The position numbers were made by a program, and so were the translations under genes. A stretch of DNA of 54,179 nt from Candidatus Scybalocola fimicaballi (GTDB taxonomy: Bacteria > Bacteroidota > Bacteroidia > Bacteroidales > Paludibacteraceae), in NCBI GenBank assembly GCA_018066165.1, contig JAGHRX010000099.1, forward strand, positions 1-54,179, in the 5' to 3' direction. The notes beneath the pieces are model-generated. The model was given only the letters and a program-made list of their open reading frames with translations. It was not told the DNA's origin and did no database searches. Position 1 is the stretch's first letter. Each line of letters begins with the position of its first letter. Positions 25,438-34,800 of this stretch are shown piece by piece.

Positions 25438-27789
25438 ATGAAAAAAGCGTATTTTTTAATATTTGCATTATATATAGTCCTTTTCTCCGCTTGTTCGCCC
25501 GTGAAGTACGTGGCGGATGGCGACTATTTGCTCGATGATGTGAGGATGGACATTAAGAATACGCAGCTGAAAAACAACGACGCGGAGTCGTATGTCCGTC
25601 AGCAGCCTAACCTTAAAATCTTCGGACTTTTCCGTGCTCACCTCCGTCTCTATAGCCTTTCCAGAAAAGATTCTATTAAGAGCAACGGTCGTGTCAGACA
25701 TCTGGGACGTGCTCTTCGTAAGATGGGTGAGCCGCCTGTGATCTACAATTCGATGATGCGTATCCAGTCGGAACGACAGATTGAAAAGTACTATCGAGCC
25801 AAGGGCTTCATGAATGCCAAGGCTTCTTCCGACGTGGAATATAAAAAGAAACGTGCGGTGGTGACTTATCATGTCGACGAGGGTGTGCCGTTCGTTATCA
25901 ATAATATAGACTATGACTACCGTGGCGATACTGCGATTAAAAAAATTGTGGAGACGGATAGGTTCTATGAGTCGAAACTGAAGAATGGTATGCTCTTCGA
26001 TAGTGATGAACTTGATGCTGAGCGTAACAATATGTCGAGCCTGTTGCGACGTCGCGGATATTTCTATTTTACCAAGGATTATATTTCCTACACTGCCGAC
26101 ACTACCGTCGGCGACCATAAGGTGGATATTACTTTGGAACTGAAGCCATTTTCGAAAACTCAGTCGGATGGCTCACGCGTCGACGTGCCTCACGCGCAAT
26201 ATAAGATTGCGGATATCTCCGTCGTCACTCTTGATAAGCCGATAGTGTCGCAAACGGAACTCTTGCAGTACGACAGTGTAAGGTCGGAGGAGGGTATCTT
26301 GATTAAGTATATGTACAAACCGTTCCTAAGATCATCTGTGATTGAAGACAATATTATTTTTGGGGCAGGTGATATGTACAACTCCTACCGCTCCGATTTC
26401 ACATTGTCGAAATTCAACTCTTTGGGAATCGTCCGTGCCGCTTATGTCAATTTTGTCGACAAACACAACGATGAGAATGAGGTTGATTGCCAGATCACAC
26501 TGTCTCCTACAAAGACAAAGTCTGTTTCTGCCAATGTCGAGGCTACAATCACGTCGCTGCACGATTTCGGATTTGGAGGTACGCTTGGCTGGAGCCATCA
26601 TAACATTTTCCGTGGTTCGGAGAGGCTCTCTTTTAAATTGAGCTATTCACAGGAGGCTGTCAGTGGAATTATTCTGACGAGTGACAGCACCAATAAAATC
26701 CGTGATTATGGGGCAAGTGTCACTCTTACTATCCCACGAGTGATGTTCCCATTCCTAAGCCGCGATTTCAAACGTCGTATCAATGCGAGCACAGAGCTCG
26801 ACGCCTCCTTCAATATCCAGAGAATGGGTTACAAGCGCGATCAGCTAAGTTTTGGTTGGAAGTATATGTGGCAGCGACGTCGCTTCTATAATTATACTAT
26901 CGACTTCCTCGACTATAATCTTGTGAGGATGGCTGAGGCTGATTCTTTCCGCGCAAGATATTTCAATGATCACTCCAATCCGATTTTGCTTTACAACTAT
27001 ACCGACCACCAGATTCTTTGCACGGGTTTCACCTATACGTTTGACAACATGTTGAGCCAACGAGTGTTAGACAAGAAACTCTTTAAGGCAAGTTTTGAGA
27101 CAGGAGGAAATATGTTCCGTCTGTTCCGTAATGTCTTCAACTACGACAGGGATTCGATTGGAGGTCAGGATTTGATTTTTGGTGTCCCTTATTCCCAGTA
27201 TGTCAAAACAGAGTTGGAATATGCTTTCAACCAGTATATCAACGAGAAATGCCGAATGGCCTACCATGCCAAGGCTGGTGTGGCTGTCCCGTATGGCAAT
27301 TCCAAAGGTGTGCCATTTGAGAAACGTTTCTACGGAGGCGGTGCGAGTGGCGTGAGAGGTTGGGCTGTCCGCACACTCGGACCTGGAAAATATTCCAATG
27401 AAGACTATTTGGCTCAGACTGGAGATATCAACCTTTTGCTGAATCTCGAGTATAGAATCAAATTGTTCTGGAAACTTGAACTTGCCACATTCTTGGACGG
27501 TGGAAATGTCTGGACGATTGATGATTATCCAGACCAGCAGGGAGGAGTGTTCGATATCAAAGAGTTTTATAAGCAGATTGCGTTGGCTGGTGGAGCCGGA
27601 TTGAGACTTGATTTCTCATATTTCTTGATTCGTTTCGATTTGGGAATGAAAATACATGATCCAAGCCGAATCGACGATGGCTCAGAGTGGCGTATAAACC
27701 ATCACAGGTGTGATGAATCGAAATGTCCTGTGAGAATGAATTGGAAAGACGATTTCGCCTTCCATTTCGCTGTCGGATACCCATTTTAA
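25438..27789 (+). CDS. Omp85 (BamA/TamA) family outer-membrane protein with a lipoprotein signal (TamL-like)
   Basis: 783 aa with lipobox LFSAC, POTRA-like N-terminal region, a C-terminal surface-antigen barrel (FYGGGASGVRGW) and a terminal aromatic YPF. Confidence 0.75.
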   Translation: MKKAYFLIFALYIVLFSACSPVKYVADGDYLLDDVRMDIKNTQLKNNDAESYVRQQPNLKIFGLFRAHLRLYSLSRKDSIKSNGRVRHLGRALRKMGEPPVIYNSMMRIQSERQIEKYYRAKGFMNAKASSDVEYKKKRAVVTYHVDEGVPFVINNIDYDYRGDTAIKKIVETDRFYESKLKNGMLFDSDELDAERNNMSSLLRRRGYFYFTKDYISYTADTTVGDHKVDITLELKPFSKTQSDGSRVDVPHAQYKIADISVVTLDKPIVSQTELLQYDSVRSEEGILIKYMYKPFLRSSVIEDNIIFGAGDMYNSYRSDFTLSKFNSLGIVRAAYVNFVDKHNDENEVDCQITLSPTKTKSVSANVEATITSLHDFGFGGTLGWSHHNIFRGSERLSFKLSYSQEAVSGIILTSDSTNKIRDYGASVTLTIPRVMFPFLSRDFKRRINASTELDASFNIQRMGYKRDQLSFGWKYMWQRRRFYNYTIDFLDYNLVRMAEADSFRARYFNDHSNPILLYNYTDHQILCTGFTYTFDNMLSQRVLDKKLFKASFETGGNMFRLFRNVFNYDRDSIGGQDLIFGVPYSQYVKTELEYAFNQYINEKCRMAYHAKAGVAVPYGNSKGVPFEKRFYGGGASGVRGWAVRTLGPGKYSNEDYLAQTGDINLLLNLEYRIKLFWKLELATFLDGGNVWTIDDYPDQQGGVFDIKEFYKQIALAGGAGLRLDFSYFLIRFDLGMKIHDPSRIDDGSEWRINHHRCDESKCPVRMNWKDDFAFHFAVGYPF

Positions 27790-27871
27790 ATGCTAAATGC
27801 TGAATTGGAAATTCTACAATTGTTGGCATGTCCCGACAATTACGAATTATGAATTACGAATTATGAATTAT

Positions 27872-28549
27872 ATGCAAAAGGTAAATAAGACATTGGATCT
27901 CCATGAGAGAGTCCGTAGAGTGAAAGAGATGCTTCGTCTGTCGATGGACGGAAGCACAGCGGCAAGATTGCGTCATTTGGGATATAAGTTGGTTTTCGGC
28001 GTCACATATCCTCGTTTGAGAGAGTTGACGGTGGAGATCGAGCCAGATGCTGACCTTGCAGACAAATTGTGGGGATTGCGTCAGCGTGAGACAATGCTTA
28101 TTGCTACAATAATCATGCCGACGGAATGCTGCACACCTGAGATTGCAGACAAGTGGGTAGGGGAGGCATTCAACGAAGAGATTGCCGAGTATTTGTCTCG
28201 CAATCTGTTGATCCGCCTTGATTTTGCCGATGCTATTGTAGAAAAATTAGCGGGTGCGACGGAATGGCAGCAGACTCTTATCGGATATTCTCTACACTCC
28301 CGTCTGCTTATGAATGATAAGGAGAGCGACGCAATGATAGACAAGTATCTGTCGAAAGTCGTAGCTGATGTCCAGAAGACGGACACAAAAGCATTGGCAT
28401 CTATCGCTTTCTTCTTGAAGCAGGTGTCTCGACGCGAGTCATATCTCGACAGAGTTAAAACCCTCGTCGCAGAACTAAAAGAGTCGGAATCAATGTCGGC
28501 TAAATGGGTTGCGGAAGAAGTTGACACTTATATTGAGTATAGCTTGTAG
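27872..28549 (+). CDS. DNA alkylation repair (AlkD-like HEAT-repeat) family protein, tentative
   Basis: All-helical ~225 aa with LWGLRQRETMLIATII-type repeats. The start is ambiguous (27863 or 27872). The track start at 27797 runs through an AT-rich repeat. Confidence 0.45.
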   Translation: MQKVNKTLDLHERVRRVKEMLRLSMDGSTAARLRHLGYKLVFGVTYPRLRELTVEIEPDADLADKLWGLRQRETMLIATIIMPTECCTPEIADKWVGEAFNEEIAEYLSRNLLIRLDFADAIVEKLAGATEWQQTLIGYSLHSRLLMNDKESDAMIDKYLSKVVADVQKTDTKALASIAFFLKQVSRRESYLDRVKTLVAELKESESMSAKWVAEEVDTYIEYSL

Positions 28550-28640
28550 GGAAGATAAATAATTTGCTATCTTGGGTTGTCGTGTAAAACGAGAAGTGTC
28601 AGAGTTAAGGTTCAAAACATTTTATCAGATAATGGAAATA

Positions 28641-28675
28641 AGAGGGAATATCGATTTTAATATTCCCTCTTTTTT
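28641..28675 (+). terminator. Terminator hairpin marking the left island boundary
   Basis: AGAGGGAATAT / ATATTCCCTCT stem followed by TTTTT. Confidence 0.7.
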
Positions 28676-28688
28676 AATTGCTCAATGA

Positions 28689-29126
28689 TTAGTCCATAGT
28701 CATGATAAACGAATTCTGAATGACTTCTCCAATAGGAGTGTCATCAATAAAAAGTTCATCCCAGATTTTAGTTGGATCATCAAATAATGCGATTATATCC
28801 CCTGCAGAGCAAGAAGATGGAAGACCATCTATTCCGGATTTTTCCATCTCTATTATACCATCCCAATATGGATTTGGGAAAATACGTCTGACTTCAATTG
28901 GAAATTTTTCTGTTTCAATTGTGTAGAATTGACGATCTTTAACATAATAGAATAGAATGTTGAATCCGACTATTTCAACAAAATATCTAAAAATTGATTC
29001 AGGATAATCAGATTGAGCATCTCGTTTTGATGATTCTGACCATCCTAAGTCATTTTTTCTGATTGATTTGTCTCCATTAATTCCGACTCGAAAAAAATTA
29101 GGAACTATGATTTCGTTTTCCATCAT
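28689..29126 (-). CDS. Acidic 145 aa protein, unknown function (candidate immunity or antitoxin partner)
   Basis: By my count about 26 Asp/Glu versus 14 Lys/Arg. Its start overlaps the upstream stop (ATGA). No recognisable motif. Confidence 0.6.
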   Translation of the reverse strand: MMENEIIVPNFFRVGINGDKSIRKNDLGWSESSKRDAQSDYPESIFRYFVEIVGFNILFYYVKDRQFYTIETEKFPIEVRRIFPNPYWDGIIEMEKSGIDGLPSSCSAGDIIALFDDPTKIWDELFIDDTPIGEVIQNSFIMTMD

Positions 29127-29524
29127 TTTTTGTTTTTAGAGTTATACATTAATGCTTTCTGAACTAATCTATTATCTCGACCGTTAAGAGCATGAAAATT
29201 TCTTGGATCGTGAGATTTTCGTCCTACTTGTCCGGTATGCCAGTAATGAACATGTGGAATTTCATTTGATTTGAAATCCACACTTTTTACCAATCTATGG
29301 TTACGAAAATAATAGATGTGCTCAATACACTTACTTTCTTTAGAGTATGCGTAATAGGTAGTGTTCGCTGTGTTGGAGTAAGTCGTAGTTGGATTATTAC
29401 TCTTTGTGTCGCATTGAATAATTTTGATCTTACCCAACATTCCTATGCAAGAATACTCTCGTTTTTCTGATGGAATTCCACCAGTGCGACCGTATTTTGG
29501 GTCAAAAGCTCCTCTACCTCCCAT
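29123..29524 (-). CDS. Basic, His-rich 133 aa protein starting MGGRGAFDP, unknown function (candidate toxin or effector)
   Basis: About 23 Lys/Arg and 8 His versus 10 Asp/Glu. His cluster IPHVHYWHTGQVGRKSHDPRNFH. It overlaps the upstream gene by 11 nt. Confidence 0.6.
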   Translation of the reverse strand: MGGRGAFDPKYGRTGGIPSEKREYSCIGMLGKIKIIQCDTKSNNPTTTYSNTANTTYYAYSKESKCIEHIYYFRNHRLVKSVDFKSNEIPHVHYWHTGQVGRKSHDPRNFHALNGRDNRLVQKALMYNSKNKK

Positions 29525-30248
29525 TTCTCATTCTATTAAAGCGTTCATGATTAAAATGATGTATATCAAGTTGGTCTGGAAATATTCCCATTATCCATTC
29601 GTTGATATCTCCGTAAAGAATAATAGCTTCTGGAGCTATTATTCTAAGCATTTCCTTTATGCCGTTCTTAAAATAGAAATGAGAACGTTCGTCTCTTAAT
29701 ACACCTATTGTAGATAGCATTACAACGCCGCCTTTTTCATAACCATCAAAACAAACTTCATAAGAATCGTTTGTAGACCATTTCATGACAGGCATTACCT
29801 TACAACCATGCTCTTGATAATAGAATGCGGTAGAATGACTTCTTAACGTATTTGCAATGACAAGGGATAAAGGGTCGGTTACCTTCATAGAAAAATCAGG
29901 TTCGGCGATAAAGGCGTACCTTGAAAACTTGTCTTGGTATTTTTCAGGATTGTCCGCAACGTCATCCAGTATGTAATCAAAAACAAATGTTGTAATTCCT
30001 GTAGTGTTAGAACCTATGTTGTTAACCTTATCAAGCGTTATCAACTTGTCTGGGATTGGACCAGTGTATTTTTTGATTTGTGGAATTCCATACTTCCCCT
30101 GAAAAAAAGCATTCGAGCAATGCTCCATGCCGAAATTTCGACTTTTTTTACGAACCCATATTTCATGGGATTTTTCAATTTTGATGTTTGAGACCGTCTC
30201 ATTTTCATATTCAGGAAACAAACTCAAATAATTATGATTCATTCGCAT
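29514..30248 (-). CDS. DUF4417-like protein
   Basis: Motifs match my recollection of DUF4417: FVFDYILDD, EPDFSM, YYQEHGCKVMPVMKWS, CFDGYEKGGVVMLST, PEAIILYG. The family assignment is from memory and was not searched. Confidence 0.55.
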   Translation of the reverse strand: MRMNHNYLSLFPEYENETVSNIKIEKSHEIWVRKKSRNFGMEHCSNAFFQGKYGIPQIKKYTGPIPDKLITLDKVNNIGSNTTGITTFVFDYILDDVADNPEKYQDKFSRYAFIAEPDFSMKVTDPLSLVIANTLRSHSTAFYYQEHGCKVMPVMKWSTNDSYEVCFDGYEKGGVVMLSTIGVLRDERSHFYFKNGIKEMLRIIAPEAIILYGDINEWIMGIFPDQLDIHHFNHERFNRMRNGR

Positions 30249-30351
30249 ATTCTTTTATTTAAATGCGATTAATTACTGGTTATTGTTCTTTTTAGGAATA
30301 ATAACGTTAATTATTCAGCGATTATTTCACGATATATGCGACGATATGATG

Positions 30352-30359
30352 CAAAAATA
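30352..30359 (-). promoter_or_regulatory. -7 box TATTTTTG (minus strand) for the three-gene operon
   Basis: Perfect TAnnTTTG about 104 nt upstream of the ATG at 30248. The surrounding GATGCAAAAATATA..ATTTT also occurs at the ATPase promoter (36402-36420). Confidence 0.4.
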
Positions 30360-30515
30360 TATAATTTTGCATTGATTATTTGGTTTGTCACATTGTCGTG
30401 TTCTAAGGAATGACGTTCAATCGCTGTACAAACGTATTGCCCATTTGTCTGCCAGGACGAATGGGTATTTTCATTCCATAATTAGTATCATTTTGTCATA
30501 AAACCTCCTTTCTTT

Positions 30516-31586
30516 TTAGTGGATTTCTCTTGATGAATCCGATTTAAACATAAATATATTAGTTTCAAAACTAACTCTTCCTAACACAATCCATTTGTTT
30601 ATGTGATATTTGTTGGCAAATTTTGTGAACTCTCTTTGTATTTCTTGTGGATTGTTCAACCTAACCATTGGCTGATCATCCCAAATTAATTCAGGAATCA
30701 ATACGTTGGCAGCAAAAGAATTCGCTTCGATTTCCTCTTTTGAGATTTTCTCTTCATCTGGATCTATGACATTGACTTTGCCAATTCTATTTTCCTGTAG
30801 ATGTAATTTCAGGTGTCCTACTTCATGAAGTATGGCAAAGGCAAGATTATCTATCCTATTAAAACGTTTAGTGACAACAATACATGGAATTCCATCTGAA
30901 TAAAATGAAAAACCATCAATAGAAGCATGAGGAACTTTTTCGACGATGCAAAATTTCACACCATAAGACGACAAAATTCTTGTGACTCTATTTATGGTGT
31001 TTTGATTGTCATTAAAAGCCAAACTTAATTCTCCAGCAAGAGTGTCACATGCAGACTTGTCGAATTTCCCATTCGGCATTGGAAGTTGAGATGCTTCATA
31101 CATGGCAATCAAAGACCATGTCGCAATCATTCTTTTGTCCAAACCTGTCTTTTCTGAGCGATGAAAATATCCTTGTACAGCTTTCCTCTGAATACTAATA
31201 GAATCAAAATTCAAATCGTTTTTGCAAAAATGCAATCGCTCTGTTGCTGACAATGTATTCACACCTAACTTCTTAAATAATAATTTTAAGTCATATAGCT
31301 CCTCATACGCCACAAGTTCAAGTTCTGCTTTATGATTCTCATCTTCTTCAATTGTTTTTGTTGCAACTTCAAAATCATATTCAGCTTGCAACTGAATCCA
31401 TTTAGAAGCAGGAATATCCAAAACGGACTCCAATTTCTCTGCCACTAATAGGCTGATGCTCCTTTTCCCTTTTATGATTTCAGAAAGATGTGATGGTTGC
31501 ATATCTATCATGCTAGCAAGATTTTTTTGAGTTGTCTTGCGAGCTATCAGTGCTTCCTTTAATATAAGACCTGGATGCTTAACCAT
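30516..31586 (-). CDS. Fusion of a HigA-type XRE HTH domain and an ImmA/IrrE (COG2856) zinc metallopeptidase
   Basis: N-terminus MVKHPGLILKEAL...SHLSEIIKGKRSISLLVAEKL (HigA antidote pattern). HEXXH in AILHEVGHLKLH. The track start at 31643 is TTG, so I prefer the ATG at 31586. Confidence 0.8.
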   Translation of the reverse strand: MVKHPGLILKEALIARKTTQKNLASMIDMQPSHLSEIIKGKRSISLLVAEKLESVLDIPASKWIQLQAEYDFEVATKTIEEDENHKAELELVAYEELYDLKLLFKKLGVNTLSATERLHFCKNDLNFDSISIQRKAVQGYFHRSEKTGLDKRMIATWSLIAMYEASQLPMPNGKFDKSACDTLAGELSLAFNDNQNTINRVTRILSSYGVKFCIVEKVPHASIDGFSFYSDGIPCIVVTKRFNRIDNLAFAILHEVGHLKLHLQENRIGKVNVIDPDEEKISKEEIEANSFAANVLIPELIWDDQPMVRLNNPQEIQREFTKFANKYHINKWIVLGRVSFETNIFMFKSDSSREIH

Positions 31587-31627
31587 TATGATATCTTTAC
31601 TTGTCAATGACAATCGTTCTTTGCCAA

Positions 31628-31635
31628 CAAAAATA
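31628..31635 (-). promoter_or_regulatory. -7 box TATTTTTG (minus strand) for the HTH-peptidase gene
   Basis: Perfect TAnnTTTG 42 nt upstream of the ATG at 31586. A second match, TAGATTTG, lies at 31641-31648. Confidence 0.4.
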
Positions 31636-31692
31636 ATTATCAAATCTAATATTCACAAGTTTTTGAAAATAATTGTTTGAAATTTCTTAAAA

Positions 31693-31715
31693 AAATTCCC
31701 GATATGTGGGAATTT
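31693..31715. promoter_or_regulatory. Perfect 8-bp inverted repeat AAATTCCC-N7-GGGAATTT, candidate operator
   Basis: Lies in the divergent promoter region between the HTH-peptidase and the R-M gene. Direct AATTTCTT copies flank it at 31681 and 31711. Confidence 0.4.
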
Positions 31716-31807
31716 CTTGCTGCCTGATATGCGATTTTATTTGTATAGAATAATAAATATTTGATATTCGTATGGTGGATTTCCAACAATAAAATCAATA
31801 ATTTCTA

Positions 31808-31815
31808 TATCTTTG
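31808..31815 (+). promoter_or_regulatory. -7 box TATCTTTG for the R-M gene
   Basis: Perfect TAnnTTTG 28 nt upstream of the ATG at 31843. It overlaps the TTG start used by the ORF track, which supports 31843. Confidence 0.45.
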
Positions 31816-31842
31816 CCCACAAAGTATAATTCAAGAACTGCC

Positions 31843-34800
31843 ATGATTAATACATACGCGCAGAATGTCTCCGCACTTTTCAAGACGGGAGTCACTACCG
31901 AACACTCGTTTCGTGGATATCTGCAAACTCTCCTTGAATCTTTGTTGCCAAATTATATGGCTGTGAATGAGCCAAAGCGTTCGGCTTGTGGTGCTCCTGA
32001 CTATGCACTGATTGACAAGAAAAATAAGATTCCATACGCTTACGTAGAGGCAAAAGATTTGTTTGATAATGATCTTCGTGGTGTGAATCCAAAGATCCAT
32101 AAGGAGCAATTCGACCGTTACAAAAAAGCACTCTCACATGTTTGTTTCACCGACTATCTTGAATTCCATTTTTATGTCGACGGTGAGGCTGTCGACTCTG
32201 TATGTTTGCTTGAACCAAATTCGAAGGGTGGATTCAACGTCGTCAACGAGGATAAATTCATCAGTGTGCTTCAGTCGTGGGCTGATTGCCCGATGCAGAA
32301 GATTACGTCGGCTTCACGTCTCGCTGAAATCATGGCCCATAAAGCCCAACTTCTTAAAGAGTCTACTCTAAAGACTTTGGAAACGGAAGAAAACTCTGAA
32401 ATCCATGATCAGTTCGCCACTTTTAAGCAGGTCTTAATTAATGACCTCACTGAAGCAAGTTTTGCCGATATCTATGCCCAGACCATTGCCTACGGAATGT
32501 TTGCCGCTCGTCTGCATGACAAAACTCCTGAAGATTTCAGCAGACAAGAGGCAGCGACTCTAATTCCAACGTCGAACCCATTTTTGAGGAGGATTTTCCA
32601 AAATATCGCAGGTTTCGACCTCGACTCTCGTGTCGCATGGATTGTAGATGATCTTGCCAAAGCTTTTGCCGCTACGGATATGGATAAAGTGATGGGAAGA
32701 TACCGTCAGAATGCGTTACACGAAGATCCGCTTATCCATTTCTATGAGGATTTCCTGGCCGCTTACGATAAAAATTTAAGAAAATCATGCGGAGTCTACT
32801 ATACGCCCCAATCTGTGGTTCGCTTTATAGTTCGTGCCGTCGACAATATTCTTATTAGAGATTTTGATTTTCCAGACGGGTTGGCTGACGACAAACAAGA
32901 GATTTATAAACTTAAGGATGCTATAGATAAGGAGTATACTAAGAAACTACACCGTGTGCAGATTCTTGATCCAGCCACTGGTACTGGCACATTTCTTGCT
33001 GAGACGGTGCGACAGATCTATAAGAAATTTGAGGGAAACGAAGGAATGTGGCCAAGCTATGTGGAGAGCGGATTACGTCCACGATTGAATGGTTTTGAAC
33101 TTCTTATGGCTCCGTACACCATCGCTCATCTTAAATTGGATATGCTGATGAATGGCGACGAGAATGCTCCGACGTCAAATAACAGAACAAGAATATTCCT
33201 TACCAACTCGCTTGAAGAGCATCATCGTGATGCGAACACATTGTTTGCAGCATGGTTGAGTGATGAGAGCAGACAGGCGGACAGCGTCAAGAGAGACTGC
33301 CCTGTGATGGTGATGATGGGAAATCCACCTTATTCTGTCTCTTCTCATAATGATGGAGATTGGATTAGAAATCTATTGTCGCATTATAAGAAAGATTTGA
33401 ATGAAAGAAATATTCAGCCTTTGAGCGACGATTATATCAAATTCATTCGTCTTGGCCAGCATTTTATAGAGAAGAACGGACAAGGAGTGCTTGGATATAT
33501 CAGCAACAATTCCTATTTGGATGGTTTGATTCATCGCCAGATGCGAAAGACACTGCTTGATGTGTTTGATGATATTTATATTGTGAATCTTCACGGCAAC
33601 AGCAAAAGAAAGGAGACTGCTCCAGATGGAGGAAAAGACGAGAATGTTTTCGATATTATGGTTGGCACAAACATTGGTATTTTTGTGAAGAGACCGAATA
33701 AATCATCAAAGAAAAAGAACGAGCCAGCCACAGTGCATTATCTTGACCTATATGGAGCAAGAAAGGATAAATACGATGAATTAGACAATTTGTCGTTGCC
33801 TGCTCTCGTAGAGACGCACGGACGTGCGTGTCAAGAAAAACATGCGTCTAATGAATGTCCTCAATGGAAGATTCTTGATTGTCCAGCCCCAAATTATTTC
33901 TTTGTTCCAAAAGACTTCGGTGCTCAGGAAGAATATGAGAAAGGATTGAAGATTGATGAATTGTTTAAGAATTTTAATTCGGGAATAAAAACACAAAGAG
34001 ATGATGCGTCGATATTCATTGATGAAAAATCTTGTTCTGATATGTTTTTAGATTGGCAAAATCTTTCAGTTGATGAATTAAAATATAAATATGGATTTAA
34101 TGATGTGAGGGATTGGCAAGTTGCTCTTGCTAAAAATGATGTCCTATCAAATAAAAGATTGTCTGATAAAATTACTTATAGACCTTTTGACAACAGAGTT
34201 TGTATTTATACAGGCAAAACAAAAGGGATAATGGGATATCCTAGATATAACTTTATGAAGCATATGTTTAACAGTAACATTTGCTTGACAATAACTCGTC
34301 AAACTTCAACAGATTGGAGACATTGTTTGATTATTGATTGTATTGCAGATATGTGCACCATTTCTGCTCGGTCAAAAGAAGGCTCTTATCTTTTCCCTCT
34401 CTACCTCTACGATGAGGCTGGTGGACGTCATTTGAATATCAAGGAAGAGATGTTAGGCGGACGAAACGCAGAGGAGTTTTTTGCTTATATCTATGCTGTG
34501 CTTCACTCTCCAAGCTACAGGGAGAAGTATAAAGAGTTTTTGAAGATAGATTTTCCCCGTATTCCTCAGCCTACGGATGAAAAAGAGTATAAGAGACTTG
34601 TGGATTTGGGAAATGAACTGATCGATCTGCATCTGATGCGAGCAAGTTTGCCAATGGCATCACTGCCTAAATTCCCAAAAGCAGGAAGCAACGAAGTGGA
34701 GATCCCGAAATATGTGGATGGATGCGTTTGGATAAACAATGAGCAATATTTCTCTGGAGTAAGTGAGACAGCGTGGGGCTTTTATGTAGGAGGTTATCAG

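Noticed and set aside
31587-31812. I looked for a HigB-type toxin ORF upstream of the HigA-like HTH.
   Set aside because: No ORF of suitable size occurs in the 226-bp divergent region on either strand. The HTH is fused to the peptidase instead.
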